DNA of 64,000 nucleotides, taken from IMG/VR virus record IMGVR_UViG_3300037418_002719; one strand, written 5' to 3'. Source of the stretch: an uncultured virus (IMG/VR IMGVR_UViG_3300037418_002719). Taxonomy: Duplodnaviria; Heunggongvirae; Uroviricota; Caudoviricetes. The notes below the pieces were generated by a model that was not told where the DNA came from, did no database searches, and saw nothing but the letters and a program-made list of their open reading frames with translations. Below, in pieces: positions 9,550 through 18,709 of the stretch (its first letter is position 1; every line of letters starts with the position of its first letter). Made by a program: the position numbers and the translations under genes.

Positions 9550-10000
9550 GTTCGAGTACTCGCTTGGCAATGCTATCGCCGTTGCCGCCGATGTTCATCG
9601 CGGCCAACGCGACAAGGCCGGCGAAGACTACATCCTTCACCCGCTGGCCGTCATGGCCATGGTTGCGCCTGATCGCGACGCCATGATCGTAGCGGTATTG
9701 CACGACGTCCTCGAAGACTGCGAGCCGTCGCGCCTGCGGGCTGTTCGCTACGGGCTGGAACGTTCGTTTCCGTCGTGGATCATCGAAGCCCTCGATGCGC
9801 TCACCAAGCGCAAGGACGAGCCCTACGAGGAGGCCATCGAACGTGCCGCCGATAACTACCTGGCGCGCAAGGTGAAGATTGCTGATCTGACCCACAATCT
9901 AGATCCCCGCCGCATCCCGGCGTCGCAGATCGTGGACAAGGATTTCGCTCGGTGGGATCGCTACCGCAGAGCGTTGATCAGGCTGGAACGCACGCACTGA
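9542..10000 (+). CDS. HD-domain hydrolase, RelA/SpoT HD (small alarmone hydrolase/MESH1-like)
   Basis: HRGQRDKAGEDYILHP, AVLHDVLED, VKIADLTHN. Confidence 0.85.
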   Translation: MSEFEYSLGNAIAVAADVHRGQRDKAGEDYILHPLAVMAMVAPDRDAMIVAVLHDVLEDCEPSRLRAVRYGLERSFPSWIIEALDALTKRKDEPYEEAIERAADNYLARKVKIADLTHNLDPRRIPASQIVDKDFARWDRYRRALIRLERTH

Positions 10001-10278
10001 TGGAGATCAATGTTTGGTACGACCCGAACGCACGCGATGTCCTCGCTAGGATTGCACCCGGCTGGCGTTGGCAGGTCATTGATGATGACTATGTAGCTGC
10101 GTCTGGGATTGTACGAAATAGCGGTCGCCCGTTCGGTCACCGCAAGGTGGCGATAAAACGCGCACGCTCTACGGCAAAGAAGCTGTCACTCGCGCATCGC
10201 GAGGAGTTCGTGTCAGTTGAGACGCACGATGCGCTTATGCGGCGTATCGAGAAACTTGAACAGGAAGTGATGGCCTGA
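10000..10278 (+). CDS. Hypothetical protein
   Basis: TGATG overlap. Confidence 0.6.
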   Translation: MEINVWYDPNARDVLARIAPGWRWQVIDDDYVAASGIVRNSGRPFGHRKVAIKRARSTAKKLSLAHREEFVSVETHDALMRRIEKLEQEVMA

Positions 10279-10477
10279 TCGACTTCGTCGATATGGAGCG
10301 GATGAAGCTATCCTCCGATCCCAACACATGTGCGCTGTGGTTGGCGTTGACGACGCTTCAGGAGATCTCCTTCAACAACGCCGACGCCGACGTTCGAGCC
10401 CATCGCGCGCTCGGGCAGATCGGCCGCTACCTCGAACAACACCGACAGGCCTTCGAGGCCTGAGAAAGGCAACGACC

Positions 10478-11086
10478 TTGAGCACCGCTCTCATCGTGGT
10501 TGATGTTCAGAACGACTTCCTCCCTGGTGGCGCGCTCGCTGTCCCTGACGGAGATGAGGTCATTGCGCCGATCATCGAGTTCGGGCACAATGCCCTCGTT
10601 GATGTCGTTGTCATGACGCAGGATTGGCACGACGCCGACCATGTTGGTCACCGACGCGCCGCCCGAGGCGAGACTCCGACCTACACGGATGGCGATTGGC
10701 CCGTGCACTGCGTCGCCGGCCTGAGTGGCGCTAATATCGCGTTCAGTCTCAGACACGCCTTCAATGACGCGCCCGTGTTCCGTAAGGGCACCGACCGTGA
10801 CGCGGAGGCATACTCGGCCTTCGCTGGGAAGCTTGGCGATATCGGGCTCGACGACTACTTTCGCGCAGAGGGCGTCGATCAGGTCTTCGTCGCCGGCCTG
10901 GCACTCGACTTCTGCGTCCGCCAGACCGCGCTTGACGCATTTGGTCTCGGATACCACACGACCGTCCTGGCTGACGCGACGCGCCCAGTTACGTATCTTG
11001 GCGGTGTGCTCACAGGGGCCAACTTCGGCCGCTATCAGGGCAACGGCCTAGAGGTCGATACCGTTGAGGCTGTTCTCGAACCCTAG
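10478..11086 (+). CDS. pncA: Nicotinamidase/pyrazinamidase (isochorismatase family)
   Basis: SD GAAAGG, TTG 10478; VDVQNDFLPGGALAV, DWH, WPVHCV, KG..YSAF, GLALDFCV (D-K-C catalytic triad). Confidence 0.92.
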   Translation: MSTALIVVDVQNDFLPGGALAVPDGDEVIAPIIEFGHNALVDVVVMTQDWHDADHVGHRRAARGETPTYTDGDWPVHCVAGLSGANIAFSLRHAFNDAPVFRKGTDRDAEAYSAFAGKLGDIGLDDYFRAEGVDQVFVAGLALDFCVRQTALDAFGLGYHTTVLADATRPVTYLGGVLTGANFGRYQGNGLEVDTVEAVLEP

Positions 11087-11088
11087 GC

Positions 11089-11116
11089 TTGACATCTAGG
11101 TAAAACAGTGTAACCT
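11089..11116 (+). promoter_or_regulatory. Sigma-A-like promoter
   Basis: TTGACA 11089-11094, 16 nt, TAACCT 11111-11116. Confidence 0.6.
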
Positions 11117-11122
11117 TCTATA

Positions 11123-11250
11123 GGTCTCCGAATCGACTGGCCGCGACCTCCAGGTAAGGAGCGAGGGGAGCGCAGGTCCGGTCCTAATTTGAGCAGCACC
11201 ACCCCGGCGCGCGGAGTCTTACACAACCTGCTCGCCAGCGGTTCGGATAA
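11123..11250 (+). ncRNA. Candidate structured RNA or 5' leader, family unassigned
   Basis: Non-coding; TCCGAATCG/CGGTTCGGA and CTGGC/GCCAG closing stems; inner GCAGGT/ACCTGC and CTCC/GGAG stems. Confidence 0.45.
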
Positions 11251-11312
11251 GAAAGGAACGAGTTGATCAGAAAGCAGTTCGAGAAGCAGGCCGCCACGGT
11301 AGGACGCGCCTG

Positions 11313-12555
11313 ATGGCGTCCTTTGACTTCACAGAGGTCATCTCTGTGCGCGCTAACCCCAGCGGCCACGAATGCGCAGCCGAAGCCGAGATCCTCGTCA
11401 TGGGCCGCCGCATCGGCTTCGTCGGTGGCTCACGATACGCGAGCACTGTCATCGAGGCCGCCGAAGACGCGATCTTCGATGCCTTGAAGCCTTTGATCGC
11501 AGCTATTCAAGAGCATCCTGGCGTCGAGCGGGTTTCTCGGTTCTGGACCGACGATGTCGACATCGAGGACTACGAGGAACCTGACGACGACGTCCGCATC
11601 CCCAACGATCAGTGGTTCGCCAATGCCTGATCAGGAAAGCGCCGACCTGCTCAGCCGCGTCGCTCGTCTTGAGGAGTCGCTGCGCTCAATTAGAGACATT
11701 CAGGAGGCCCTGCCGGCCTGGGTCCGGCTCAAAGACCTCAACAACTCCAACACCGCGATCAGACGCATCGTGAATAGAGCCCTACTCGACACGAGCGTCA
11801 ATTCTTTTGATGCGTAGATGGCTTGCCGGATGCTTGGCCGCGCTGTTCCTGCGCCCGACCTCGACGGTCCCGCTCGACGTGATCGAGCACGGCGACCCAG
11901 ACGTCGATGACATGTGGCGGCGCGCGCTCGTCCGAGGGCGCCTTCAACCGGAGGCGTCGCCGGTTGACCCTGATGCGAACCGCGAGGCCCTCATCGATAT
12001 CGCTCCGGAGGAGTTCTGGCGCGAAATCGAACGCTCTGTAACCTAAAACGATGAAAGGAATCACGTTGACTCTAACCGATAAGTCGGCCCGCGAGCTTGC
12101 CACGCAGGTCGTGAAGGACAATCGAGCCGCGCGCGTCAAGTTCGGCCGCACCAACGGCGCGCCGCGTCTTCACGTGATGGTGCCGCCCGAGTCAGCGCCT
12201 GAGTGTGATCCGACGCGGGCCTCGTTCACGCTGCGCAGCGCCAATGACTGGTCTACATGCCCGCTCAATCAGCGCATCACACGCAATCGAGACATGGCCG
12301 CCGCGCAGCCGACGGAGGCCTTGATGGCCTCGAACGGAAAGAAGCGGTGAGTGTCTGATGCCCGAGGCCTATATCTCTCTCGATCTCAGTGCCGGCGAGG
12401 CGCGGTCAGTGATGTCGGTGCTGGGAAGGGTCAGCTACGATGCCCTCATCGAGGGCGAAGCTGATCATGACATTCTCACCGTATATGAGGCCTTGTTGAG
12501 CGTCGTGGGGCGCATTCCTTTCGGTACGCCAAATTTGGTGAACGAGAATGCGTAG
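11313..12555 (+). CDS. Run of small hypothetical genes (11313-11630, 11623-11817, 11807-12046, 12051-12350, 12358-12555)
   Basis: Consecutive or overlapping + strand ORFs. Confidence 0.55.
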
Positions 12556-12828
12556 CCGAATCGTTCATCTACTCGCTGTGCTCATCATGGTCTCAGCGGC
12601 TTTGATCGTAATCGGCGCTGGAATCCATACAGCGATTCATTAGATGGCTATCGGCGGGGTCGTATACGCTCCGGCCGACGCGGCAATCACAGCCGCACTG
12701 AGTACGCTCTTCTCTTGCGGCCCTCACGATGAGGAACGCCTACGACGTCCGTCAGTACGGCGCTGGCGCTGCTGGTTCTGTAAGAGAAACCGCGACGGAC
12801 GCGTACGCTGCGGCTGTCGCGACGGCTG

Positions 12829-12924
12829 TTAGCCCGCGAATAGCGCTAGGACCTCAAGGGCGCAAACGACGACCACGTAGACTGCTAGTGGTCGATGGCT
12901 CTTGAGATAGCTCTTCTTGATCAT
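12829..12924 (-). CDS. 31-aa membrane peptide
   Basis: MIKKSYLKSHRPLAVYVVVVCALEVLALFAG; ATGA overlap with the upstream - strand ORF. Confidence 0.5.
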   Translation of the reverse strand: MIKKSYLKSHRPLAVYVVVVCALEVLALFAG

Positions 12925-13094
12925 TCGTTGTCCCCATCGCCGGGCGGCTTCAAGAATACCGGCAACCCCATCATGGCGGCGAACAGAAGAATCAGTGTCG
13001 GTCGTTCCTGCCCCGACGCGAATGTCTCGTGGAGAAATCCCGTCATTCCGCCCAGGAACAACATCATGTCTCGTAGCACTGGCCATCTGTTCAT
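12921..13094 (-). CDS. 57-aa two-helix membrane protein (below the ORF-track cut-off)
   Basis: MNRWPVLRDMMLFLGGMTGFLHETFASGQERPTLILLFAAMMGLPVFLKPPGDGDNE, read by hand. Confidence 0.6.
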   Translation of the reverse strand: MNRWPVLRDMMLFLGGMTGFLHETFASGQERPTLILLFAAMMGLPVFLKPPGDGDNE

Positions 13095-13205
13095 GTCTCA
13101 TAGGTCACGCGTAGAGCGGATTGGTCAAGGTCCCTCACAAGGCCTAAATAGTATCAGCGAGGTCGGCATCAAGACCTACGGTCCAGTAAACAGGAAAGGA
13201 TTACA

Positions 13206-13556
13206 ATGGCAGCAAGCTCGTCGACACGGCCGTCAACGATCACTTACACATATCACGACCCGTCTCGCACTTTTGACGGGACGCCTTACGAGGCCGCAGG
13301 CCTGGCTATCGATCAGGCGACCTCTGTGGCGAAGCTCCTTCAACGCGCGCTACGAGACACGCATGTACAGGTCCGCAACGCCCACATGCAGCGAAATCTC
13401 GATCTGGGCGGGCAACCCGACGCAGACCCATGGGACAACTCGGCGCAGAAGCGACTACTGGACTCGTTCGCCTCGCAGACCACGGACATCCATCACAGAC
13501 TGAGAATGCTCCGTAAGGCCGCCGTCTATGACCCAAAGAACCCACCGAAGGCGTAG
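13206..13556 (+). CDS. Hypothetical protein
   Basis: SD GAAAGGA then ATG. Confidence 0.7.
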   Translation: MAASSSTRPSTITYTYHDPSRTFDGTPYEAAGLAIDQATSVAKLLQRALRDTHVQVRNAHMQRNLDLGGQPDADPWDNSAQKRLLDSFASQTTDIHHRLRMLRKAAVYDPKNPPKA

Positions 13557-13761
13557 CGCCTTGGAGGCGTCCGTATACGGCGTTCCGATCGTCACGTCAC
13601 GTTTCGTCGAGCCTGGGAAGATGATGCTCTTCAACGGCCAGGTCATGATGCGCCCAGTAGACTGGCTGCGCGTCAGGTACCCGCGCTCGCCCGTATGGTG
13701 CTCGCGCACGCTCGGCCATCGAGAGCTTGAGCGCGAACGCCGCCTCCGACGCCGAGGTTGA
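13528..13761 (+). CDS. Hypothetical protein
   Basis: + strand ORF; start uncertain. Confidence 0.45.
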   Translation: MTQRTHRRRSALEASVYGVPIVTSRFVEPGKMMLFNGQVMMRPVDWLRVRYPRSPVWCSRTLGHRELERERRLRRRG

Positions 13762-13781
13762 CAATCTGGTAGTCTTGTGGT

Positions 13782-13852
13782 AGCCGCTGACCGAGGCAAA
13801 GGTCGGGTTGGGAGACATCGCCCTCAGGGCGTCTCGTGTAGGTCCGGCGGCT
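13782..13852 (+). ncRNA. Candidate structured non-coding element upstream of the wHTH gene
   Basis: AGCCGCTG/CGGCGGCT, CTGACC/GGTCGG, GAGAC/GTCTC and GCCC/GGGC stems; TTGACA at 13758. Confidence 0.35.
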
Positions 13853-13885
13853 CATCACATCCTCACTACTAGGGAGACAGACCCT

Positions 13886-14233
13886 TTGACACCTGTACTG
13901 AGCGGGCTCACTGATGGGCAGCGCAATGTCTTGCGCGCGTTCTACGAGTTCGGACCAATGGACGACACGGCCCTGACCGTGTACGTGCACCACGTGGCCG
14001 ATAAGGCCATGTCTAGTTCTGGCATTCGCACGCGACGCGCGGAACTAACGCGCACTGCGCCACCGCTGCTTCAGGCAGTGGACACGAAGCGGCTCAAGTC
14101 CGGTCGTCGCGCCGCGATTCACGCGCTGACACCGACGGGCTACGCGTTGGCCTCACAGGCCGCGTTCGCTGAGCAGGTCAACACGGCCGGCGTTGAGTCG
14201 CCTGTTCGCCGCCTACAGTTGGTTGCCGCGTGA
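13886..14233 (+). CDS. Winged-helix DNA-binding protein
   Basis: SD AGGGAG, TTG 13886; GPMDD..L, SSSGIRTRRAEL, SGR.A pattern. Confidence 0.7.
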   Translation: MTPVLSGLTDGQRNVLRAFYEFGPMDDTALTVYVHHVADKAMSSSGIRTRRAELTRTAPPLLQAVDTKRLKSGRRAAIHALTPTGYALASQAAFAEQVNTAGVESPVRRLQLVAA

Positions 14234-14424
14234 GGGTCTGGATTTACCCGGCCAACGACGCACCGGAAGACCCGATCGAGATCGTCAACGTTGAGCGAAT
14301 TTCGCTCATCGATGGCGAATCGCACGGCTCTGGGAGCAACTTCGGAGTCACCAACGGTTTCAAGGGCCGGCTCGTGTGGGTCTCATCGCCCAATGTGGCC
14401 GCTGTCGTTGTAGACGTCGTCTAG
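14230..14424 (+). CDS. Hypothetical protein
   Basis: GTGA overlap. Confidence 0.55.
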   Translation: MRVWIYPANDAPEDPIEIVNVERISLIDGESHGSGSNFGVTNGFKGRLVWVSSPNVAAVVVDVV

Positions 14425-14425
14425 G

Positions 14426-14893
14426 TTGGCTGCCAACAATGGGGAACTCGTTCGCGAGTTCCACCGCTATTTCGGACTGCCTGTACGGGATGAGTTCACG
14501 GAGATCTCGTCGGATGAGATCGACTTCCGGTTGACTCTGCTCACCGAGGAGTACCTTGAAGTGATGGAGGCCTTTGGTCGACCAGTGACAGTCGAGCGCG
14601 TGCCGTACGACACCGACCCAGACTTCGTTGAGGGCTACAAGGAACTCTCCGATCTCGAATACGTCCTGCACGGGTTCGACATGCACCTCGGGCAAAAGCT
14701 TGACGAGGTGTTCGCTGAAACGCACCGCTCCAACATGAGCAAGCTCTGGGAGTGCGAGTGTGGCGTCGAGGACAGCACTTGTCAGCAGTGTAACGGAACA
14801 GGCGAGTATGTCAAGCGGCGCGAGGACGGAAAGATCCTGAAGAGCCCGACCTACTCAAGAGCCAACATCGCTCCGATCTTGGAGGACAACTAA
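14426..14893 (+). CDS. MazG/PRA-PH-like NTP pyrophosphohydrolase with a Cys-rich insert
   Basis: VREFHRYF, LLTEEYLE, ELSDLEYV, HRSNMSK, REDGKILK. Confidence 0.85.
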   Translation: MAANNGELVREFHRYFGLPVRDEFTEISSDEIDFRLTLLTEEYLEVMEAFGRPVTVERVPYDTDPDFVEGYKELSDLEYVLHGFDMHLGQKLDEVFAETHRSNMSKLWECECGVEDSTCQQCNGTGEYVKRREDGKILKSPTYSRANIAPILEDN

Positions 14894-15336
14894 TGGGACG
14901 AATCAAGAGGATTTTCACGCAAGGCGGCACCAACAAGGGCGAGGAACGCGAACTCGACATGGATGAGTTCTACGACTCCGTGTGGGCCGCAGTGCCCGAC
15001 GACCTCAAGGCTGAGGGCATCGCCGTCCTCCGCCGTGAGATCAAGGACCCTGCGTTCTTTCACGCTGTCAGCGAAGGCATCCGTCAGCACGGACTCCGTG
15101 AGTGGGATCGACATCCTCCGTTCGCGGCGGAGATTGAAGTCGGCGGCGAAACCATGACCTACCCGTGGCACTTCGGCGGCGGCATGGGCATTCGCAATCT
15201 GCTCCGTCAGGGCGGCGTCACCGACGACCGACTGCCTGACAACGCAACCGACATCTACTACGGTGAAGGCACGAACGTCAAGAACCTCGACGACTACTAC
15301 ATGCAGTGGCTTGAGGCCGCCGTGGGGGCTCGATGA
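14893..15336 (+). CDS. Hypothetical protein
   Basis: TAATG overlap; WHFGGGMGIRNLLR motif. Confidence 0.7.
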   Translation: MGRIKRIFTQGGTNKGEERELDMDEFYDSVWAAVPDDLKAEGIAVLRREIKDPAFFHAVSEGIRQHGLREWDRHPPFAAEIEVGGETMTYPWHFGGGMGIRNLLRQGGVTDDRLPDNATDIYYGEGTNVKNLDDYYMQWLEAAVGAR

Positions 15337-15965
15337 GGAGAGAGGAGGCCGGGCGCTTGAAGGAGCAGCTACTTCGCGATATGCGACGTCCTAGCGGCAC
15401 GCTGCGCGTTGGCTTCCACGCCGGTCCCGGCACCGGCAAGTCGACCACGTCGGCGCTCGTCTTTGGCGCGCTCAAGCAGCGAGGCCGCAACGTCGAGATG
15501 TCACACGAGTATGCGAAGGACTTGACGTGGGAGCAACGCTCAGCCGCGCTCGCCTATCAGCCATACATTGTGGCGAAGCAGATGTGGCGAGAACGCCGAC
15601 TAGATGGCCAGGTTGAGGCGATCCTCACCGACACCTCGACGCTGTACTCGTTCATCTATGGCACCGAAGAGAACGGCGTCACACCGGCGTTCAAGTCCTG
15701 GGTTTTGAGCGAGTACTTCAAGGTACCGCGCCTGGACTTCTTCCTACTTCGCGATCACGAGCGCCCCTACAACGAGAAGGGCCGTAATCAGACGCGCGAA
15801 GAGGCCGAGGCCCTGGATGCTCCGATCCGTAACTTGCTCATCGAGCACGGCGTCGTCCACGATCTCATCGCAGTCGATGCGAAGAACAACTCACACATCG
15901 ACTACATCGTTGATCGCGTCGAGCAGGCGCTTTCGCTTCAGCGGATGTTTGGTGATGAAGCCTAG
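15333..15965 (+). CDS. P-loop NTPase/kinase, NadR/AAA_28-like
   Basis: Walker A GPGTGKST, EYAKDLTW, ILTDTS, YNEKGRNQT.EEA. Confidence 0.75.
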   Translation: MRREEAGRLKEQLLRDMRRPSGTLRVGFHAGPGTGKSTTSALVFGALKQRGRNVEMSHEYAKDLTWEQRSAALAYQPYIVAKQMWRERRLDGQVEAILTDTSTLYSFIYGTEENGVTPAFKSWVLSEYFKVPRLDFFLLRDHERPYNEKGRNQTREEAEALDAPIRNLLIEHGVVHDLIAVDAKNNSHIDYIVDRVEQALSLQRMFGDEA

Positions 15966-17935
15966 TGCCTAAGCTATCGCGCGGCGAGGACCAGCTAGAA
16001 CTATCACTAACCGGCGCCGAGGATTTCCAGGCCGCGCTGGCCGCGGTCAAGGCGATTCCGGGCCGTCGCTTCGACGGTGACCGCAAGCTGTGGTGCTTCC
16101 CGGAAGATCCGTCGATCGCAGAGCGTCTCATGGTGACGGTGAAGCCTGAGCTTTCGCCTGACCTGTTGGGCTGGATCAAGGCCTCCAAGAAGAGCAGCCA
16201 GAAGGAACTCGTCACACCGCTTCCCGACGACGCCGAACTCATCGTTCCTTGGGCCAACGCTCGCGTTCCGTGGCAGCCTGAGTTCGTTGGGCCGAAGACA
16301 AACCAGGTGGAATTCAAGGGCTTGTACGCCTTCCAGCGCGCGTTTGTTGATTTCGCGGCGGACAAGTCCGACGACAACGCAGCGTTGCTGCTAGCCGACG
16401 ATATGGGGTGTGGGAAGTGCGCTCAGAGTTCCTCAGCAATCATCGAATGGCTAATGCGCTCAGCCGGCCTCTACGAGATGCTCGCCAACAACCCCAACGG
16501 CGTCCCCGTCGAGGGCCTCGCCTGCGCTGCCGATATGTTGAAGTGGGCCGCCGTCGAAGACGGACCGAAGCTCATCATCTCGCCAGCGTCGGTGAAGGGA
16601 ACCTGGGGTCGCGAGCTTCGCATGTGGCTCGGTCAGGCTGAGCCCATCTTCGTCATCGACGGGGCGGCCACGCCAAGGCGCCGCAACGCACAGCTTCTCG
16701 ACGCCATCAACAACTCCGGTTGGGCGGTCATCAACTGGGAGCAGCTTCGCGTCAAGCGGGAGATCCGTAAGGTCCGCACACGTATGGTGCACGCCTTGAC
16801 GGGTGAATTCTTGGGCTGGAAGGAGAAGGACAAGGAGGTCACGGTTCTCCGTGAGCCACTGTTTGAGGAGACTCCCTGGGTGGCCGCCATCGCTGATGAG
16901 GCGCACCGCGCAAAGAATCGTAAGGCGCTGACCACGCAAGGTCTGTGGCGCGTTGGTGCGCGCTTCAAGATGGCCTTGACGGGTACCCCGCTCATGAACT
17001 CGCCGGACGAGTTGTGGTCGATTCTGCGCTGGTTGTACCCAGACGAATACACCTCGTACTGGCGGTTCTTCGATCAGTACGTGGACTTCTACGAGGGCCA
17101 GTACGGGAAAATCATTACAGGCGTCAAGAACGCTGACGCGTTGCGGTTCGAGCTTTCGACTCGCCTGGTCCGTCGCACTAAGGATGAGGTGCTGGATCAG
17201 CTTCCCGAGAAGACGCGCGAGTTCGTCCCGATTACGCTGAATAAGAAGCAGCGGAAGCTTTACGACGAGGCCGAGAAGCAGCTTTGGTTTGAGGTCGAGC
17301 AGGCCATCAAGGGTGGCGATAGATCTGCGCTGAAGTTTGCTAAGGAGGTCTCAGCGAACCCAGCCGCTGTCTACATGGTCCCGAATGGCGCGGCGCGTAT
17401 CGTGCGTCTGCGTCAGATCGCGTCCACGCCGGCCTTGTTGGGCGGCGAGGACGATTCGGCCAAGCTCGACGCAGCCGTCGAGACCATCATTGACAACTTG
17501 GGCTCGCAGTTCGTGGTATTCTCTGAGTTCGTCGATACCTGCCACATCCTCGTAGAGCGTCTACGCGCGAAGGGAATTGCGGCCGAGGCCTTCACTGGGC
17601 AGTCTGAATCCGAGGATCGAACTCGGATGGAGAACGACTTCCAGGCCGGCGAGATCGACGTCCTCGTTGGAACGATCGGCGCGATGAAGGAGGGCATCAC
17701 CCTCACAGCGGCCAGCAACATGATCTTCCTTGAGCGCCACTGGACACCAGCGGTGAATGAACAGTGCGAGGATCGTTGTCATCGCAACGGGCAGAAGAAC
17801 GCCGTGACGATCCTTATCTTCGAGGCCGAGGACACGGTTGATGCCCAGAAGATCTCGCCAACAAACGCAATCAAGTCGCTCATCGTTTCCTCGGTCATTA
17901 CCAAGGATGACGTCGCAGAGCGGAGGAGGAAGTGA
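15965..17935 (+). CDS. SNF2-family helicase
   Basis: LADDMGCGK, DEAH, LTGTP, RRTK, EGITLT, QCEDRCHRNGQ. Confidence 0.93.
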   Translation: MPKLSRGEDQLELSLTGAEDFQAALAAVKAIPGRRFDGDRKLWCFPEDPSIAERLMVTVKPELSPDLLGWIKASKKSSQKELVTPLPDDAELIVPWANARVPWQPEFVGPKTNQVEFKGLYAFQRAFVDFAADKSDDNAALLLADDMGCGKCAQSSSAIIEWLMRSAGLYEMLANNPNGVPVEGLACAADMLKWAAVEDGPKLIISPASVKGTWGRELRMWLGQAEPIFVIDGAATPRRRNAQLLDAINNSGWAVINWEQLRVKREIRKVRTRMVHALTGEFLGWKEKDKEVTVLREPLFEETPWVAAIADEAHRAKNRKALTTQGLWRVGARFKMALTGTPLMNSPDELWSILRWLYPDEYTSYWRFFDQYVDFYEGQYGKIITGVKNADALRFELSTRLVRRTKDEVLDQLPEKTREFVPITLNKKQRKLYDEAEKQLWFEVEQAIKGGDRSALKFAKEVSANPAAVYMVPNGAARIVRLRQIASTPALLGGEDDSAKLDAAVETIIDNLGSQFVVFSEFVDTCHILVERLRAKGIAAEAFTGQSESEDRTRMENDFQAGEIDVLVGTIGAMKEGITLTAASNMIFLERHWTPAVNEQCEDRCHRNGQKNAVTILIFEAEDTVDAQKISPTNAIKSLIVSSVITKDDVAERRRK

Positions 17936-18183
17936 TGTCGTTCTTTGACGACGACGCACACGATGAGGGCTTCGATCACAACGACGAGCCAGCGCCGGGT
18001 ACTGGGGCAGCGTGGGCAGCGGCGGTCTTCATGGCCACCAATCTCGTGCTCTGCTTGTGCGGCGGGCTGGTCTTCGCGATGACCGTAAACGCGCTGCCGA
18101 CGGGCGTCGATCACGTGACGTTCCGTCAGGCAACGGCGGCGGCGTTGTTGCTGCGCATGGCTGCGATCGTAGCCCGCGCCTAG
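17932..18183 (+). CDS. Membrane hypothetical protein
   Basis: Acidic N-terminus plus hydrophobic helices. Confidence 0.55.
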   Translation: MMSFFDDDAHDEGFDHNDEPAPGTGAAWAAAVFMATNLVLCLCGGLVFAMTVNALPTGVDHVTFRQATAAALLLRMAAIVARA

Positions 18184-18191
18184 GAGGAAGG

Positions 18192-18611
18192 ATGTCTGAT
18201 CTATCAGCACTAGAGAGTAAGTTTCGACGCCTCGCCGAGCTACGCGAGCAGCGCGATATTGACAAGAAGGCCGCCGAGAACTCCGAGTCCGAGTATCGGG
18301 CCTACGAGGCTGAGTTGTTTGAAACGATCGAGGAATCCGCGTTGCGTGGAACGGTCGAGTTCGACTTCGGCGGCGATCTTGGACTTATTCGATTCCAGCC
18401 GCGTCGAACCATCTACGGTCGTGTCATCGACAAGGCCGCAGCCTTGGAGGCACTGGAGGCAGAGGCCTTGGTTGAGGAGATGACCGCACCGAAGATTGAG
18501 GCGCGCCGTCTCAATGAGTTGGTCCGTGATCGCATGGAATCCAACCAGGAACTCCCAGAAGGCATCGACTACTACGAGAGGCGATTCTTCACGATTTCGA
18601 GGAAGGGATAA
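18192..18611 (+). CDS. Phage replication-region coiled-coil protein
   Basis: SD AGGAGG, ATG 18192; ends in ..LPEGI..I.RK as in siphovirus proteins found before SSB genes. Confidence 0.7.
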   Translation: MSDLSALESKFRRLAELREQRDIDKKAAENSESEYRAYEAELFETIEESALRGTVEFDFGGDLGLIRFQPRRTIYGRVIDKAAALEALEAEALVEEMTAPKIEARRLNELVRDRMESNQELPEGIDYYERRFFTISRKG

Positions 18612-18665
18612 GTACCACTTTACAGGCACTTGAGTGGTATATCCACAGTATTTGACAGCTAGTTG

Positions 18666-18674
18666 TGCTACACT
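18666..18674 (+). promoter_or_regulatory. Extended -10 element in an AT-rich intergenic gap
   Basis: TGC-TACACT upstream of the gene at 18710. Confidence 0.45.
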
Positions 18675-18709
18675 TCATCTACTAACCCAACGAGGAGTTT
18701 TCTCAACAC

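Noticed and set aside
11172..11197. CAGGTCCGG...AGCAGC resemblance to SRP RNA domain IV, and loose RNase P-like words
   Set aside because: No GNRA tetraloop closed by the required stem, and far too short for RNase P. Kept only as an unassigned structured element.
12895..13503. 202-aa + strand ORF
   Set aside because: It overlaps the better-supported gene 13206-13556 and the - strand membrane micro-genes, and its composition looks random.
13782..13852. tRNA-sized element with a 7-bp closing stem
   Set aside because: No TTC T-loop, no proper anticodon arm and no CCA.
16399..16425. SNF2 Walker A reads GCGKC instead of GxGKT; possible intein start or remnant
   Set aside because: No intein blocks or His-Asn end follow and the helicase motifs continue normally, so it is treated as a substitution.
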